64,000 bases of DNA, taken from assembly GCA_964057225.1 (NCBI GenBank), contig OZ059894.1, positions 6,820,001 to 6,884,000 on the forward strand. Reading direction: 5' to 3'. This document shows, in pieces, positions 49,501-60,432 of the stretch (the stretch's first letter is position 1; each line of letters begins with the position of its first letter). This DNA comes from Auanema rhodensis. Its lineage: Eukaryota; Animalia; Nematoda. The notes under the pieces are model-generated. The model saw only the letters and a program-made list of their open reading frames with translations. It was not told the DNA's origin and made no database searches. Position numbers and translations under genes: made by a program.

Positions 49501-52500
49501 GTTGATCATCTTTTAGAAAAAGGCACATTCACCGGGCACAACGTGACTACAGCCTGAACTTTTTTGTGAACAAATCTCTTAGATGTGCTCGCATAAACCC
49601 CTTTTCCGGAAAAAGTAAAAGTCCCATGAAACTTTTACCAAGAAATTCAGAATCTACACATCTGAATACCCAACCTCAAACTATTTTTATTTGATTATAG
49701 TCGATGATGTTTTAGAAAAAGGCACATTCACCGGGCACAACGTGACTACAGCCTGAACTTTTTTGTGAACAAATCTCTTAGATGTGCTCGCATAAACCCC
49801 TTTTCCGGAAAAAGTAAAAGTCCCATGAAAATTTTACCAAGAAATTCAGAATCTACACATCTGAATACCAAACCTCAAACTATTTTTATTTGATTATAGT
49901 CGATGATGTTTTAGAAAAAGGCACATTCACCGGGCACAACGTGAGTATAGCCTGAACTTTTTTGTGAACAAATCTCTTAGATGTGCTCGCATAAACCCCT
50001 TTTCCGGAAAAAGTAAAAGTCCCATGAAACTTTTACCAAGAAATTCAGAATCTACACATCTGAATACCCAACCTCAAACTATTTTTATTTGATTATAGTC
50101 GATGATGTTTTAGAAAAAGGCACATTCACCGGGCACAACGTGACTACAGCCTGAACTTTTTTGTGAACAAATCTCTTAGATGTGCTCGCATAAACCCCTT
50201 TTCCGGAAAAAGTAAAAGTCCCATGAAAATTTTACCAAGAAATTCAGAATCTATACATCTGAATACCCAACCTCAAACTATTTTTATTTGATTATAGTTG
50301 ATCATCTTTTAGAAAAAGGCACATTCACCGGGCACAACGTGAGTATAGCCTGAACTTTTTTGTGAACAAATCTCTTACATGTGCTCGCATAAACCCCTTT
50401 CCCGGAAAAAGTAAAAGTCCCATCAAAATTTTACCGAGAAATTCAGAATCTATACATCTGAATACCCAACCTCAAACTATTTTTATTTGATTATAGTTGA
50501 TCATCTTTTAGAAAAAGGCACATTCACCGGGCACAACGTGAGTATAGCCTGAACTTTTTTGTGAACAAATCTCTTACATGTGCTCGCATAAACCCCTTTC
50601 CCGGAAAAAGTAAAAGTCCCATCAAAATTTTACCGAGAAATTCAGAATCTATACATCTGAATACCCAACCTCAAACTATTTTTATTTGATTATAGTTGAT
50701 CATCTTTTAGAAAAAGGCACATTCACCGGGCACAACGTGAGTATAGCCTGAACTTTTTTGTGAACAAATCTCTTAGATGTGCTCGCATAAACCCCTTTTC
50801 CGGAAAAAGTAAAAGTCCCATGAAACTTTTACCAAGAAATTCAGAATCTACACATCTGAATACCCAACCTCAAACTCTTTTTATTTGATTATAGTCGATG
50901 ATGTTTTAGAAAAAGGCACATTCACCGGGCACAACGTGAGTATAGCCTGAACTTTTTTGTGAACAAATCTCTTACATGTGCTCGCATAAACCCCTTTCCC
51001 GGAAAAAGTAAAAGTCCCATCAAAATTTTACCGAGAAATTCAGAATCTATACATCTGAATACCCAACCTCAAACTATTTTTATTTGATTATAGTTGATCA
51101 TCTTTTAGAAAAAGGCACATTCACCGGGCACAACGTGAGTATAGCCTGAACTTTTTTGTGAACAAATCTCTTACATGTGCTCGCATAAGCTCCTTTTCCG
51201 GAAAAAGTAAAAGTCCCATGAAAATTTTACCAAGAAATTCAGAATCTACACATCTGAATACCAAACCTCAAACTATTTTTATTTGATTATAGTTGATGAT
51301 CTTTTAGAAAAAGGCACATTCACCGGGCACAACGTGACTATAGCCTGAACTTTTTTGTGAACAAATCTCTTACATGTGCTCGCATAAGCTCCTTTTCCGG
51401 AAAAAGTAAAAGTCCCATCAAAATTTTACCGAGAAATTCAGAATCTACACATCTGAATACCAAACCTCAAACTATTTTTATTTGATTATAGTCGATGATG
51501 ATTTAGAAAAAGGCACATTCACCGGGCACAACGTGACTACAGCCTGAACTTTTTTGTGAACAAATCTCTTACATGTGCTCGCATAAGCTCCTTTTCCGGA
51601 AAAAGTAAAAGTCCCATCAAAATTTTACCGAGAAATTCAGAATCTACACATCTGAATACCAAACCTCAAACTATTTTTATTTGATTATAGTTGATCATCT
51701 TTTAGAAAAAGGCACATTCACCGGGCACAACGTGACTACAGCCTGAACTTTTTTGTGAACAAATCTCTTACATGTGCTCGCATAAGCTCCTTTTCCGGAA
51801 AAAGTAAAAGTCCCATCAAAATTTTACCGAGAAATTCAGAATCTACACATCTGAATACCCAAGCTCAAACTATTTTTATTTGATTATAGTCGATGATGTT
51901 TTAGAAAAAGGCACATTCACCGGGCACAACGTGACTACAGCCTGAACTTTTTTGTGAACAAATCTCTTAGATGTGCTCGCATAAGCTCCTTTTCCGGAAA
52001 AAGTAAAAGTTCCATCAAACTTTTACCAAGAAATTCAGAGTCTACACATCTGAATACCCAAGCTCAAACTATTTTTATTTGATTATAGTTGATCATCTTT
52101 TAGAAAAAGGCACATTCACCGGGCACAACGTGACTACAGCCTGAACTTTTTTGTGAACAAATCTCTTAGATGTGCTCGCATAAGCTCCTTTTCCGGAAAA
52201 AGTAAAAGTCCCATCAAAATTTTACCGAGAAATTCGGAATCTACACATCTGAATACCCAAGCTCAAACTATTTTTATTTGATTATAGTTGATCATCTTTT
52301 AGAAAAAGGCACATTCACCGGGCACAACGTGACTACAGCCTGAACTTTTTTGTGAACAAATCTCTTAGATGTGCTCGCATAAGCTCCTTTTCCGGAAAAA
52401 GTAAAAGTTCCATCAAACTTTTACCAAGAAATTCAGAGTCTACACATCTGAATACCCAACCTCAAACTCTTTTTATTTGATTATAGTCGATGATGTTTTA

Positions 52501-55500
52501 GAAAAAGGCACATTCACCGGGCACAACGTGAGTATAGCCTGAACTTTTTTGTGAACAAATCTCTTACATGTGCTCGCATAAGCTCCTTTTCCGGAAAAAG
52601 TAAAAGTCCCATCAAAATTTTACCAAGAAATTCAGAATCTACACATCTGAATACCCAACCTCAAACTATTTTTATTTGATTATAGTTGATCATCTTTTAG
52701 AAAAAGGCACATTCACCGGGCACAACGTGACTACAGCCTGAACTTTTTTGTGAACAAATCTCTTACATGTGCTCGCATAAGCTCCTTTTCCGGAAAAAGT
52801 AAAAGTCCCATCAAAATTTTACCGAGAAATTCAGAATCTACACATCTGAATACCCAACCTCAAACTATTTTTATTTGATTATAGTTGATGATCTTTTAGA
52901 AAAAGGCACATTCACCGGGCACAACGTGACTACAGCCTGAACTTTTTTGTGAACAAATCTCTTACATGTGCTCGCATAAGCTCCTTTCCCGGAAAAAGTA
53001 AAAGTCCCATCAAAATTTTACCGAAAAATCCAGAATCTACACATCTGAATACCCAACCTCAAACTATTTTAATTTGATTATAGTTGATCATCTTTTAGAA
53101 AAAGGCACATTCACCGGGCACAACGTGACTACAGCCTGAACTTTTTTGTGAACAAATCTCTTACATGTGCTCGCATAAACCCCTTTCCCGGAAAAAGTAA
53201 AAGTCCCATCAAAATTTTACCGAGAAATTCAGAATCTATACATCTGAATACCCAACCTCAAACTATTTTAATTTGATTATAGTTGATCATCTTTTAGAAA
53301 AAGGCACATTCACCGGGCACAACGTGACTACAGCCTGAACTTTTTTGTGAACAAATCTCTTAGATGTGCTCGCATAAACCCCTTTTCCGGAAAAAGTAAA
53401 AGTCCCATGAAACTTTTACCAAGAAATTCAGAATCTACACATCTGAATACCCAACCTCAAACTATTTTTATTTGATTATAGTCGATGATGTTTTAGAAAA
53501 AGGCACATTCACCGGGCACAACGTGAGTATAGCCTGAACTTTTTTGTGAACAAATCTCTTAGATGTGCTCGCATAAACCCCTTTTCCGGAAAAAATAAAA
53601 GTCCCATCAAAATTTTACCGAGAAATTCAGAATCTACACATCTGAATACCCAACCTCAAACTATTTTTATTTGATTATAGTCGATGATGTTTTAGAAAAA
53701 GGCACATTCACCGGGCACAACGTGAGTATAGCCTGAACTTTTTTGTGAACAAATCTCTTAGATGTGCTCGCATAAACCCCTTTTCCGGAAAAAGTAAAAG
53801 TCCCATCAAAATTTTACCAAGAAATTCAGAATCTACACATCTGAATACCAAACCTCAAACTATTTTTATTTGATTATAGTTGATCATCTTTTAGAAAAAG
53901 GCACATTCACCGGGCACAACGTGAGTATAGCCTGAACTTTTTTGTGAACAAATCTCTTAGATGTGCTCGCATAAACCCCTTTTCCGGAAAAAGTAAAAGT
54001 CCCATGAAACTTTTACTAAGAAATTCAGAATCTACACATCTGAATACCCAACCTCAAACTCTTTTTATTTGATTATAGTCGATGATGTTTTAGAAAAAGG
54101 CACATTCACCGGGCACAACGTGACTACAGCCTGAACTTTTTTGTGAACAAATCTCTTAGATGTGCTCGCATAAACCCCTTTTCCGGAAAAAGTAAAAGTC
54201 CCATGAAAATTTTACCAAGAAATTCAGAATCTACACATCTGAATACCAAACCTCAAACTATTTTTATTTGATTATAGTTGATGATCTTTTAGAAAAAGGC
54301 ACATTCACCGGGCACAACGTGACTATAGCCTGAACTTTTTTGTGAACAAATCTCTTACATGTGCTCGCATAAGCTCCTTTTCCGGAAAAAGTAAAAGTCC
54401 CATGAAAATTTTACCAAGAAATTCAGAATCTACACATCTGAATACCAAACCTCAAACTATTTTTATTTGATTATAGTTGATGATCTTTTAGAAAAAGGCA
54501 CATTCACCGGGCACAACGTGACTACAGCCTGAACTTTTTTGTGAACAAATCTCTTACATGTGCTCGCATAAGCTCCTTTTCCGGAAAAAGTAAAAGTCCC
54601 ATCAAACTTTTACCAAGAAATTCAGAATCTACACATCTGAATACCCAACCTCAAACTATTTTAATTTGATTATAGTTGATGATCTTTTAGAAAAAGGCAC
54701 ATTCACCGGGCACAACGTGACTACAGCCTGAACTTTTTTGTGAACAAATCTCTTACATGTGCTCGCATAAGCTCCTTTTCCGGAAAAAGTAAAAGTCCCA
54801 TCAAACTTTTACCAAGAAATTCAGAATCTACACATCTGAATACCCAACCTCAAACTATTTTAATTTGATTATAGTTGATGATCTTTTAGAAAAAGGCACA
54901 TTCACCGGGCACAACGTGACTACAGCCTGAACTTTTTTGTGAACAAATCTCTTACATGTGCTCGCATAAGCTCCTTTTCCGGAAAAAGTAAAAGTCCCAT
55001 CAAACTTTTACCAAGAAATTCAGAATCTACACATCTGAATACCCAACCTCAAACTATTTTTATTTGATTATAGTTGATCATCTTTTAGAAAAAGGCACAT
55101 TCACCGGGCACAACGTGAGTATAGCCTGAACTTTTTTGTGAACAAATCTCTTAGATGTGCTCGCATAAACCCCTTTTCCGGAAAACGTAAAAGTCCCATG
55201 AAAATTTTACCAAGAAATTCAGAATCTACACATCTGAATACCAAACCTCAAACTATTTTTATTTGATTATAGTTGATGATCTTTTAGAAAAAGGCACATT
55301 CACCGGGCACAACGTGAGTATAGCCTGAACTTTTTTGTGAACAAATCTCTTACATGTGCTCGCATAAGCTCCTTTTCCGGAAAAAGTAAAAGTCCCATCA
55401 AAATTTTACCGAGAAATTCAGAATCTACACATTTGAATACCCAACCTCAAACTATTTTTATTTGATTATAGTTGATGATCTTTTAGAAAAAGGCACATTC

Positions 55501-56723
55501 ACCGGGCACAACGTGACTACAGCCTGAACTTTTTTGTGAACAAATCTCTTAGATGTGCTCGCATAAACCCCTTTTCCGGAAAAAGTAAAAGTCCCATCAA
55601 ACTTTTACCAAGAAATTCAGAATCTACACATCTGAATACCCAACCTCAAACTATTTTTATTTGATTATAGTTGATCATCTTTTAGAAAAAGGCACATTCA
55701 CCGGGCACAACGTGACTACAGCCTGAACTTTTTTGTGAACAAATCTCTTACATGTGCTCGCATAAGCTCCTTTTCCGGAAAAAGTAAAAGTCCCATCAAA
55801 CTTTTACCAAGAAATTCAGAATCTACACATCTGAATACCCAACCTCAAACTATTTTTATTTGATTATAGTTGATCATCTTTTAGAAAAAGGCACATTCAC
55901 CGGGCACAAAGTGACTACAGCCTGAACTTTTTTGTGAACAAATCTCTTACATGTGCTCGCATAAGCTCCTTTTCCGGAAAAAGTAAAAGTCCCATCAAAA
56001 TTTTACCAAGAAATTCAGAATCTACACATCTGAATACCCAACCTCAAACTATTTTTATTTGATTATAGTTGATGATCTTTTAGAAAAAGGCACATTCACC
56101 GGGCACAACGTGACTACAGCCTGAACTTTTTTGTGAACAAATCTCTTACATGTGCTCGCATAAGCTCCTTTTCCGGAAAAAGTAAAAGTCCCATCAAACT
56201 TTTACCAAGAAATTCAGAATCTACACATCTGAATACCCAACCTCAAACTATTTTAATTTGATTATAGTTGATGATCTTTTAGAAAAAGGCACATTCACCG
56301 GGCACAACGTGACTACAGCCTGAACTTTTTTGTGAACAAATCTCTTACATGTGCTCGCATAAGCTCCTTTTCCGGAAAAAGTAAAAGTCCCATCAAACTT
56401 TTACCAAGAAATTCAGAATCTACACATCTGAATACCCAACCTCAAACTATTTTAATTTGATTATAGTTGATGATCTTTTAGAAAAAGGCACATTCACCGG
56501 GCACAACGTGACTACAGCCTGAACTTTTTTGTGAACAAATCTCTTACATGTGCTCGCATAAGCTCCTTTTCCGGAAAAAGTAAAAGTCCCATCAAACTTT
56601 TACCAAGAAATTCAGAATCTACACATCTGAATACCCAACCTCAAACTATTTTAATTTGATTATAGTTGATGATCTTTTAGAAAAAGGCACATTCACCGGG
56701 CACAACGTGACTACAGCCTGAAC
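37541..56723. repeat. 199-bp satellite, right array (~96 units), same orientation as the left array
   Basis: Same monomer with its own diagnostic variants (GAGTATAG, GTCGATGATGTT, TTTCCCGG). Ends at ...CAGCCTGAAC. Confidence 0.98.
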
Positions 56724-57166
56724 CCCCGCATTTACAACGACAAGACTATTCGTTGGACCAACATCTTGCTTGACTAAGTTACCGGGGTTGTAAGCTGCAT
56801 TCGAATTGACGGGACTTTGAAAAGATTTATGTGACATTTTCCGCCCGAAATCACGCGATTATCTTTTCTGGAGAATTTACAAATTGACCAATGACAATGT
56901 TCAAAGTATTTCCTTCAGGTGTGTTTAGGCTTTAACAGCTTTGGATTTTCCAGAAGAATCAAGACTAAACTGAAGAGAACGAGTTCCACCTTCAATTCGA
57001 TTCTTCTTTAAAGTGATCGTACGAGGAGGTTTATATTCTAGTACCAAGTTTTGTATATTCTTATGGGAAACATGGCGGCTACGAATCTGCCATTTCGCTT
57101 TCAAACTTTGTTATAACCTGTGGCAATCAAGTTTTGAATAATTTAGAAGTTAAAAGTAAAATGTTT

Positions 57167-57240
57167 TGCCGCCAGCAGGGGTCGAACCTGCGACCTTGGG
57201 CTTATTAGACCCACGCTCTAACCGACTGAGCTATGGCGGC
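57167..57240 (-). tRNA. tRNA-Ile(AAT)
   Basis: Exact reverse complement of the 74-nt gene. Confidence 0.97.
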
Positions 57241-57327
57241 TACGAATCTGCCATTTTGCTATCAAACTTTGTTATAATCTGTGGCAATCATGTTTTGAAT
57301 AATTTAGAAGTTAAAAGTAAAATATTT

Positions 57328-57401
57328 TGCCGCCAGCAGGGGTCGAACCTGCGACCTTGGGCTTATTAGACCCACGCTCTAACCGACTGAGCTATGGCGG
57401 C
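57328..57401 (-). tRNA. tRNA-Ile(AAT)
   Basis: Exact reverse complement; 161-bp period. Confidence 0.97.
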
Positions 57402-57489
57402 CACGAATCTGCCATTTCGCTATCAAACTTTGTTATAAACCTGTGGCAATCATGTTTTGAATAATTTAGAAGTTAAAAGTAAAATGTTT

Positions 57490-57563
57490 TGCCGCCAGCA
57501 GGGGTCGAACCTGCGACCTTGGGCTTATTAGACCCACGCTCTAACCGACTGAGCTATGGCGGC
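57490..57563 (-). tRNA. tRNA-Ile(AAT)
   Basis: Exact reverse complement. Confidence 0.97.
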
Positions 57564-57650
57564 TACGAATCTGCCATTTCGCTCTCGAACTTTGTTATAA
57601 CCTGTGGCAATCAAGTTTTGAATAATTTAGAAGTTAAAAGTAAAATGTTT

Positions 57651-57724
57651 TGCCGCCAGCAGGGGTCGAACCTGCGACCTTGGGCTTATTAGACCCACGC
57701 TCTAACCGACTGAGCTATGGCGGC
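57651..57724 (-). tRNA. tRNA-Ile(AAT)
   Basis: Exact reverse complement. Confidence 0.97.
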
Positions 57725-58191
57725 TACGAATCTGCCATTTCGCTTTCAAACTTTGTTATAACCTGTGGCAATCAAGTTTTGAATAATTTAGAAGTTAAAA
57801 GTTGTTGTTCGCCGTGGTATCCTGACTCGTAGGAGAGCGTAACACAGGCATGATGGTTCAGTGCTATACTTTTGGTGTTGAGTAGAAGACCGAGTAGTGG
57901 TAAAGATTTATTAAGCTGAAGATAGTGCAGAGAATAGATAAAATGATTGACACATAAATTTGAAGATTCTTCTCGGTTTATATAGTAACCCGAGAAGCTA
58001 GATATAATGATTATTTTAGAGATTTTAGAGAAGAAAAGAGGGAGGAGTTTCAAGCTTTATCTCATACTACATCTGCTGAGATTTTGCGTTGGAGGGATGA
58101 ATCGCGCATGAGTCATGAGGATAAAACCCTTACGATAAACTTACACGTTTATCGATCGAAAGAGAAAGAGTGAGAAAAAGATTATAACGAG

Positions 58192-58557
58192 CGTTCCATT
58201 ATGCTCCTACGTATATTGAACAGACCATTGTAGTCTGCTCAACTACGCGTATAGTATTCCATAAGTGTAGCGGTATGGAAATAGAGCATAAGGATTACAT
58301 AAGATAAGGAAATATATAGGTTTATTATACACAATACAATATCATTACAATACATTAACACAAGGATAAAGTAAACTACATTTACAAGACAAAGACTAAT
58401 ATATAAGATTAACTAAGTTAGATGCAAACCGTCCATGGGCTTGCAAAGGGGCGAACTCCCGAATAGGGGCATGAGGGAAGGCGGTGCCATTCCTCATTCC
58501 TCTAGTCGGTCTGGCTCTAACCCTGCAGTTACATATATAGAGTCTCCGAATGGAACG
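58192..58557. mobile_element. 366-bp insertion nested in the 3' LTR; probable solo LTR
   Basis: Absent from the sister LTR. Termini CGTTCCATT...AATGGAACG; 4-bp TSD CGAG at 58188-58191 and 58558-58561. TATA-like and AATAAA signals on the - strand. Confidence 0.78.
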
Positions 58558-58607
58558 CGAGTTCTTATTAAAAATAACGAGTGCGTAAGCACACTCCGGC
58601 CGACGAG

Positions 58608-59459
58608 TTAGAATATGTCCTGATATTTGATAGTTTTATCCATACTGGGTGCTGTGCATGGTTGTTTAGTTGGCGGTTGGTCGGTGTTCGTTATTTTTGG
58701 TGGTGATCTGTTTGTGTCCGTCATTCTTGCTCTTGATTTTCTTGGTGGTGTTTGAGTTTCTTTCCAATTGGTCGGTTGATTGGTTTTTGGGACCATTTGC
58801 TTCAACAGATCCTTGATTTGTCGGAGTTCATCCAACATTTCCTTGCCTTTGTCCTCATTGGTTAACTTCATCATAATACGAGTTAAGGTAGTTAGATCTT
58901 CGCCGATGTTACGGGTTATGAGATCTATCTTCTTCAATTCGGGCATAGCTTCCACGACGATTATGTTGCTCTTGGTGGTGGGAGCTTGATCCTTTTCCTT
59001 TTGGACCTTTGTGAGTACGTAAGGCATGTTCTTGAGCTCGATAGAGCTTAGATAATCCTTTTGAATGTTGCAGATGAGGTTCGTGAGAGATTTTATTCGT
59101 CCTCTGAGCGTCCTTTCGTTAGTGGCTAGGCGTTCTTTATCCTCAGCCGTCAAGTTGTCCGTAATGTTATTCATTTCCTCGATCAGATTCTGGATTGCTT
59201 GGGTGTCCTCATCGATGGAGCTGATTTCCGTTTGCCGAGTTTCAATCATGGCCGGAGCCCGGTGAGAATGATAGTTGATCGTTCTGTGGACGCATGATCT
59301 TCTTTTGGAGTCCGATTCGCGGATTTTGTCCAGTAGGTGATTGCATTTTTCCATCCACGCTTCGGCGCGGTCTGTTGCAGTAGGCTCGGCCTGATTTGGC
59401 CGATGCACCATGTTGTTAGCCGTGGTATCCTGACTCGTAGGAGAGCGTAACACAGGCAT
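58608..59459 (-). CDS. 283-aa helical/coiled-coil protein of the mini-LTR element (possibly Gag-derived or accessory)
   Basis: Stop-free ORF filling the whole internal region and ending 14 bp before the 3' LTR. Heptad-like L/I/E/K pattern and a P/T-rich C-terminus. No recognisable motif. Confidence 0.65.
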   Translation of the reverse strand: MPVLRSPTSQDTTANNMVHRPNQAEPTATDRAEAWMEKCNHLLDKIRESDSKRRSCVHRTINYHSHRAPAMIETRQTEISSIDEDTQAIQNLIEEMNNITDNLTAEDKERLATNERTLRGRIKSLTNLICNIQKDYLSSIELKNMPYVLTKVQKEKDQAPTTKSNIIVVEAMPELKKIDLITRNIGEDLTTLTRIMMKLTNEDKGKEMLDELRQIKDLLKQMVPKTNQPTNWKETQTPPRKSRARMTDTNRSPPKITNTDQPPTKQPCTAPSMDKTIKYQDIF

Positions 59460-59845
59460 GATGGTTCAGTGCTATACTTTTGGTGTTGAGTAGAAGACCG
59501 AGTAGTGGTAAAGATTTATTAAGCTGAAGATAGTGCAGAGAATAGATAAAATGATTGACACATAAATTTGAAGATTCCTCTCGGTTTATATAGTAACCCG
59601 AGAAGCTAGATATAATGATTATTTTAGAGATTTTAGAGAAGAAAAGAGGGAGGAGTTTCAAGCTTTATCTCATACTACATCTGCTGAGATTTTGCGTTGG
59701 AGGGATGAATCGCGCATGAGTCATGAGGAAAAAACCCTTACGATAAACTTACACGTTTATCGATCGAAAGAGAAAGAGTGAGAAAAAGATTATAACGAGT
59801 TCTTATTAAAAATAACGAGTGCGTAAGCACAAAAGTAAAATGTTT

Positions 59846-59919
59846 TGCCGCCAGCAGGGGTCGAACCTGCGACCTTGGGCTTATTAGACCCACGCTCTAA
59901 CCGACTGAGCTATGGCGGC
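59846..59919 (-). tRNA. tRNA-Ile(AAT)
   Basis: Exact reverse complement of the 74-nt gene. Confidence 0.97.
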
Positions 59920-60006
59920 CACGAATCTGGCATTTCGCTATCAAACTTTGTTATAACCTGTGGCAATCAAGTTTTGAATAATTTAGAAGTTAAAAGAAAA
60001 ATGTTT

Positions 60007-60052
60007 TGCCGCCAGCAGGGGTCGAACCTGCGACCTTGGGCTTATTAGACCC
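60007..60052 (-). pseudogene. 3' part of tRNA-Ile(AAT), disrupted in the anticodon stem by the Gypsy LTR
   Basis: The tRNA match stops at ...TTATTAGACCC and LTR sequence follows. Confidence 0.88.
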
Positions 60053-60432
60053 GTTACATATTGTTTCTTCCCGTCTTTTCATGGTCGGAAGATATATGTA
60101 CTTCTACCTTGTTCCTTAGGTAGGCAGACCCGAACGCCCCGATTTCCTTATTAAGACAAATACTCAAAGAGAAAAGGATTCATTATCAGATAACAAGAAA
60201 ATACAATATAAGAATTACATTAAGAAGGAATATAAAGAGATATAATAAAGTATTAAATAGAGTATATATATAGATGATATAGAGATGAGACTCACATGAC
60301 TATAAGACAACCTATCTGGGTTAGACCAGAAGCAAGAGTGTCATGTGTGTCCCATGTTGTAGGCGGGGCTTGTTCAGGCTCCCGCTATTTGGATGGCGCG
60401 CACATGTTTACCATGTGCTTGCAGATGTGACA
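60052..60432 (-). repeat. 3' LTR of the Gypsy element (~381 bp)
   Basis: Bounded by the PPT (60433-60444) and the broken tRNA. Termini are TGTCACA...TGTAAC(G). The partner LTR is outside the window. Confidence 0.8.

Larger units (their letters stand above)
57803..59831 (-). mobile_element. 2.03-kb non-autonomous LTR element, BEL/Pao-like
   Basis: TG...CA LTRs at 59411-59831 (5', 421 bp) and 57803-58593 (3', with a 370-bp insert), differing by ~3 substitutions. 5-bp TSD AAAGT at 57798-57802 and 59832-59836. PBS TGGTGCATCG is complementary to the tRNA-Gly 3' end. GGCCGGAG precedes the 3' LTR. No RT or integrase. Confidence 0.9.
57072..60052 (-). repeat. 161-bp tRNA-Ile array, cluster 3 (5 intact copies, 2 remnants), interrupted by LTR elements
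   Basis: Same unit as clusters 1 and 2 but inverted. 8-nt remnant at 57072-57079 and a 3' part at 60007-60052. Confidence 0.93.

Noticed and set aside
9230-56723. CRISPR-like reading: a 37-bp repeat ending in GAAC with regular spacing
   Set aside because: The ~162-bp spacers are near-identical rather than unique, there are no cas genes and the context is eukaryotic. It is a satellite.
9230-56723. piRNA (21U) locus array
   Set aside because: No CTGTTTCA Ruby motif seen in the monomer on either strand, and no diversity of downstream 21-mers.
56928-56935. TTAGGC telomeric hexamer near the satellite end
   Set aside because: A single copy, expected by chance; no telomeric tract.
57772-59661. 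Duplicated ORF MKLLPLFFSKISK...
   Set aside because: It lies within the two LTR copies and has a TTG start. The duplication reflects the LTRs.
5647-60048. Repeated ORFs beginning MPPAGVEPATLGLLDPRSNRLSYGG
   Set aside because: They are antisense translations of the tRNA-Ile genes with TTG starts.
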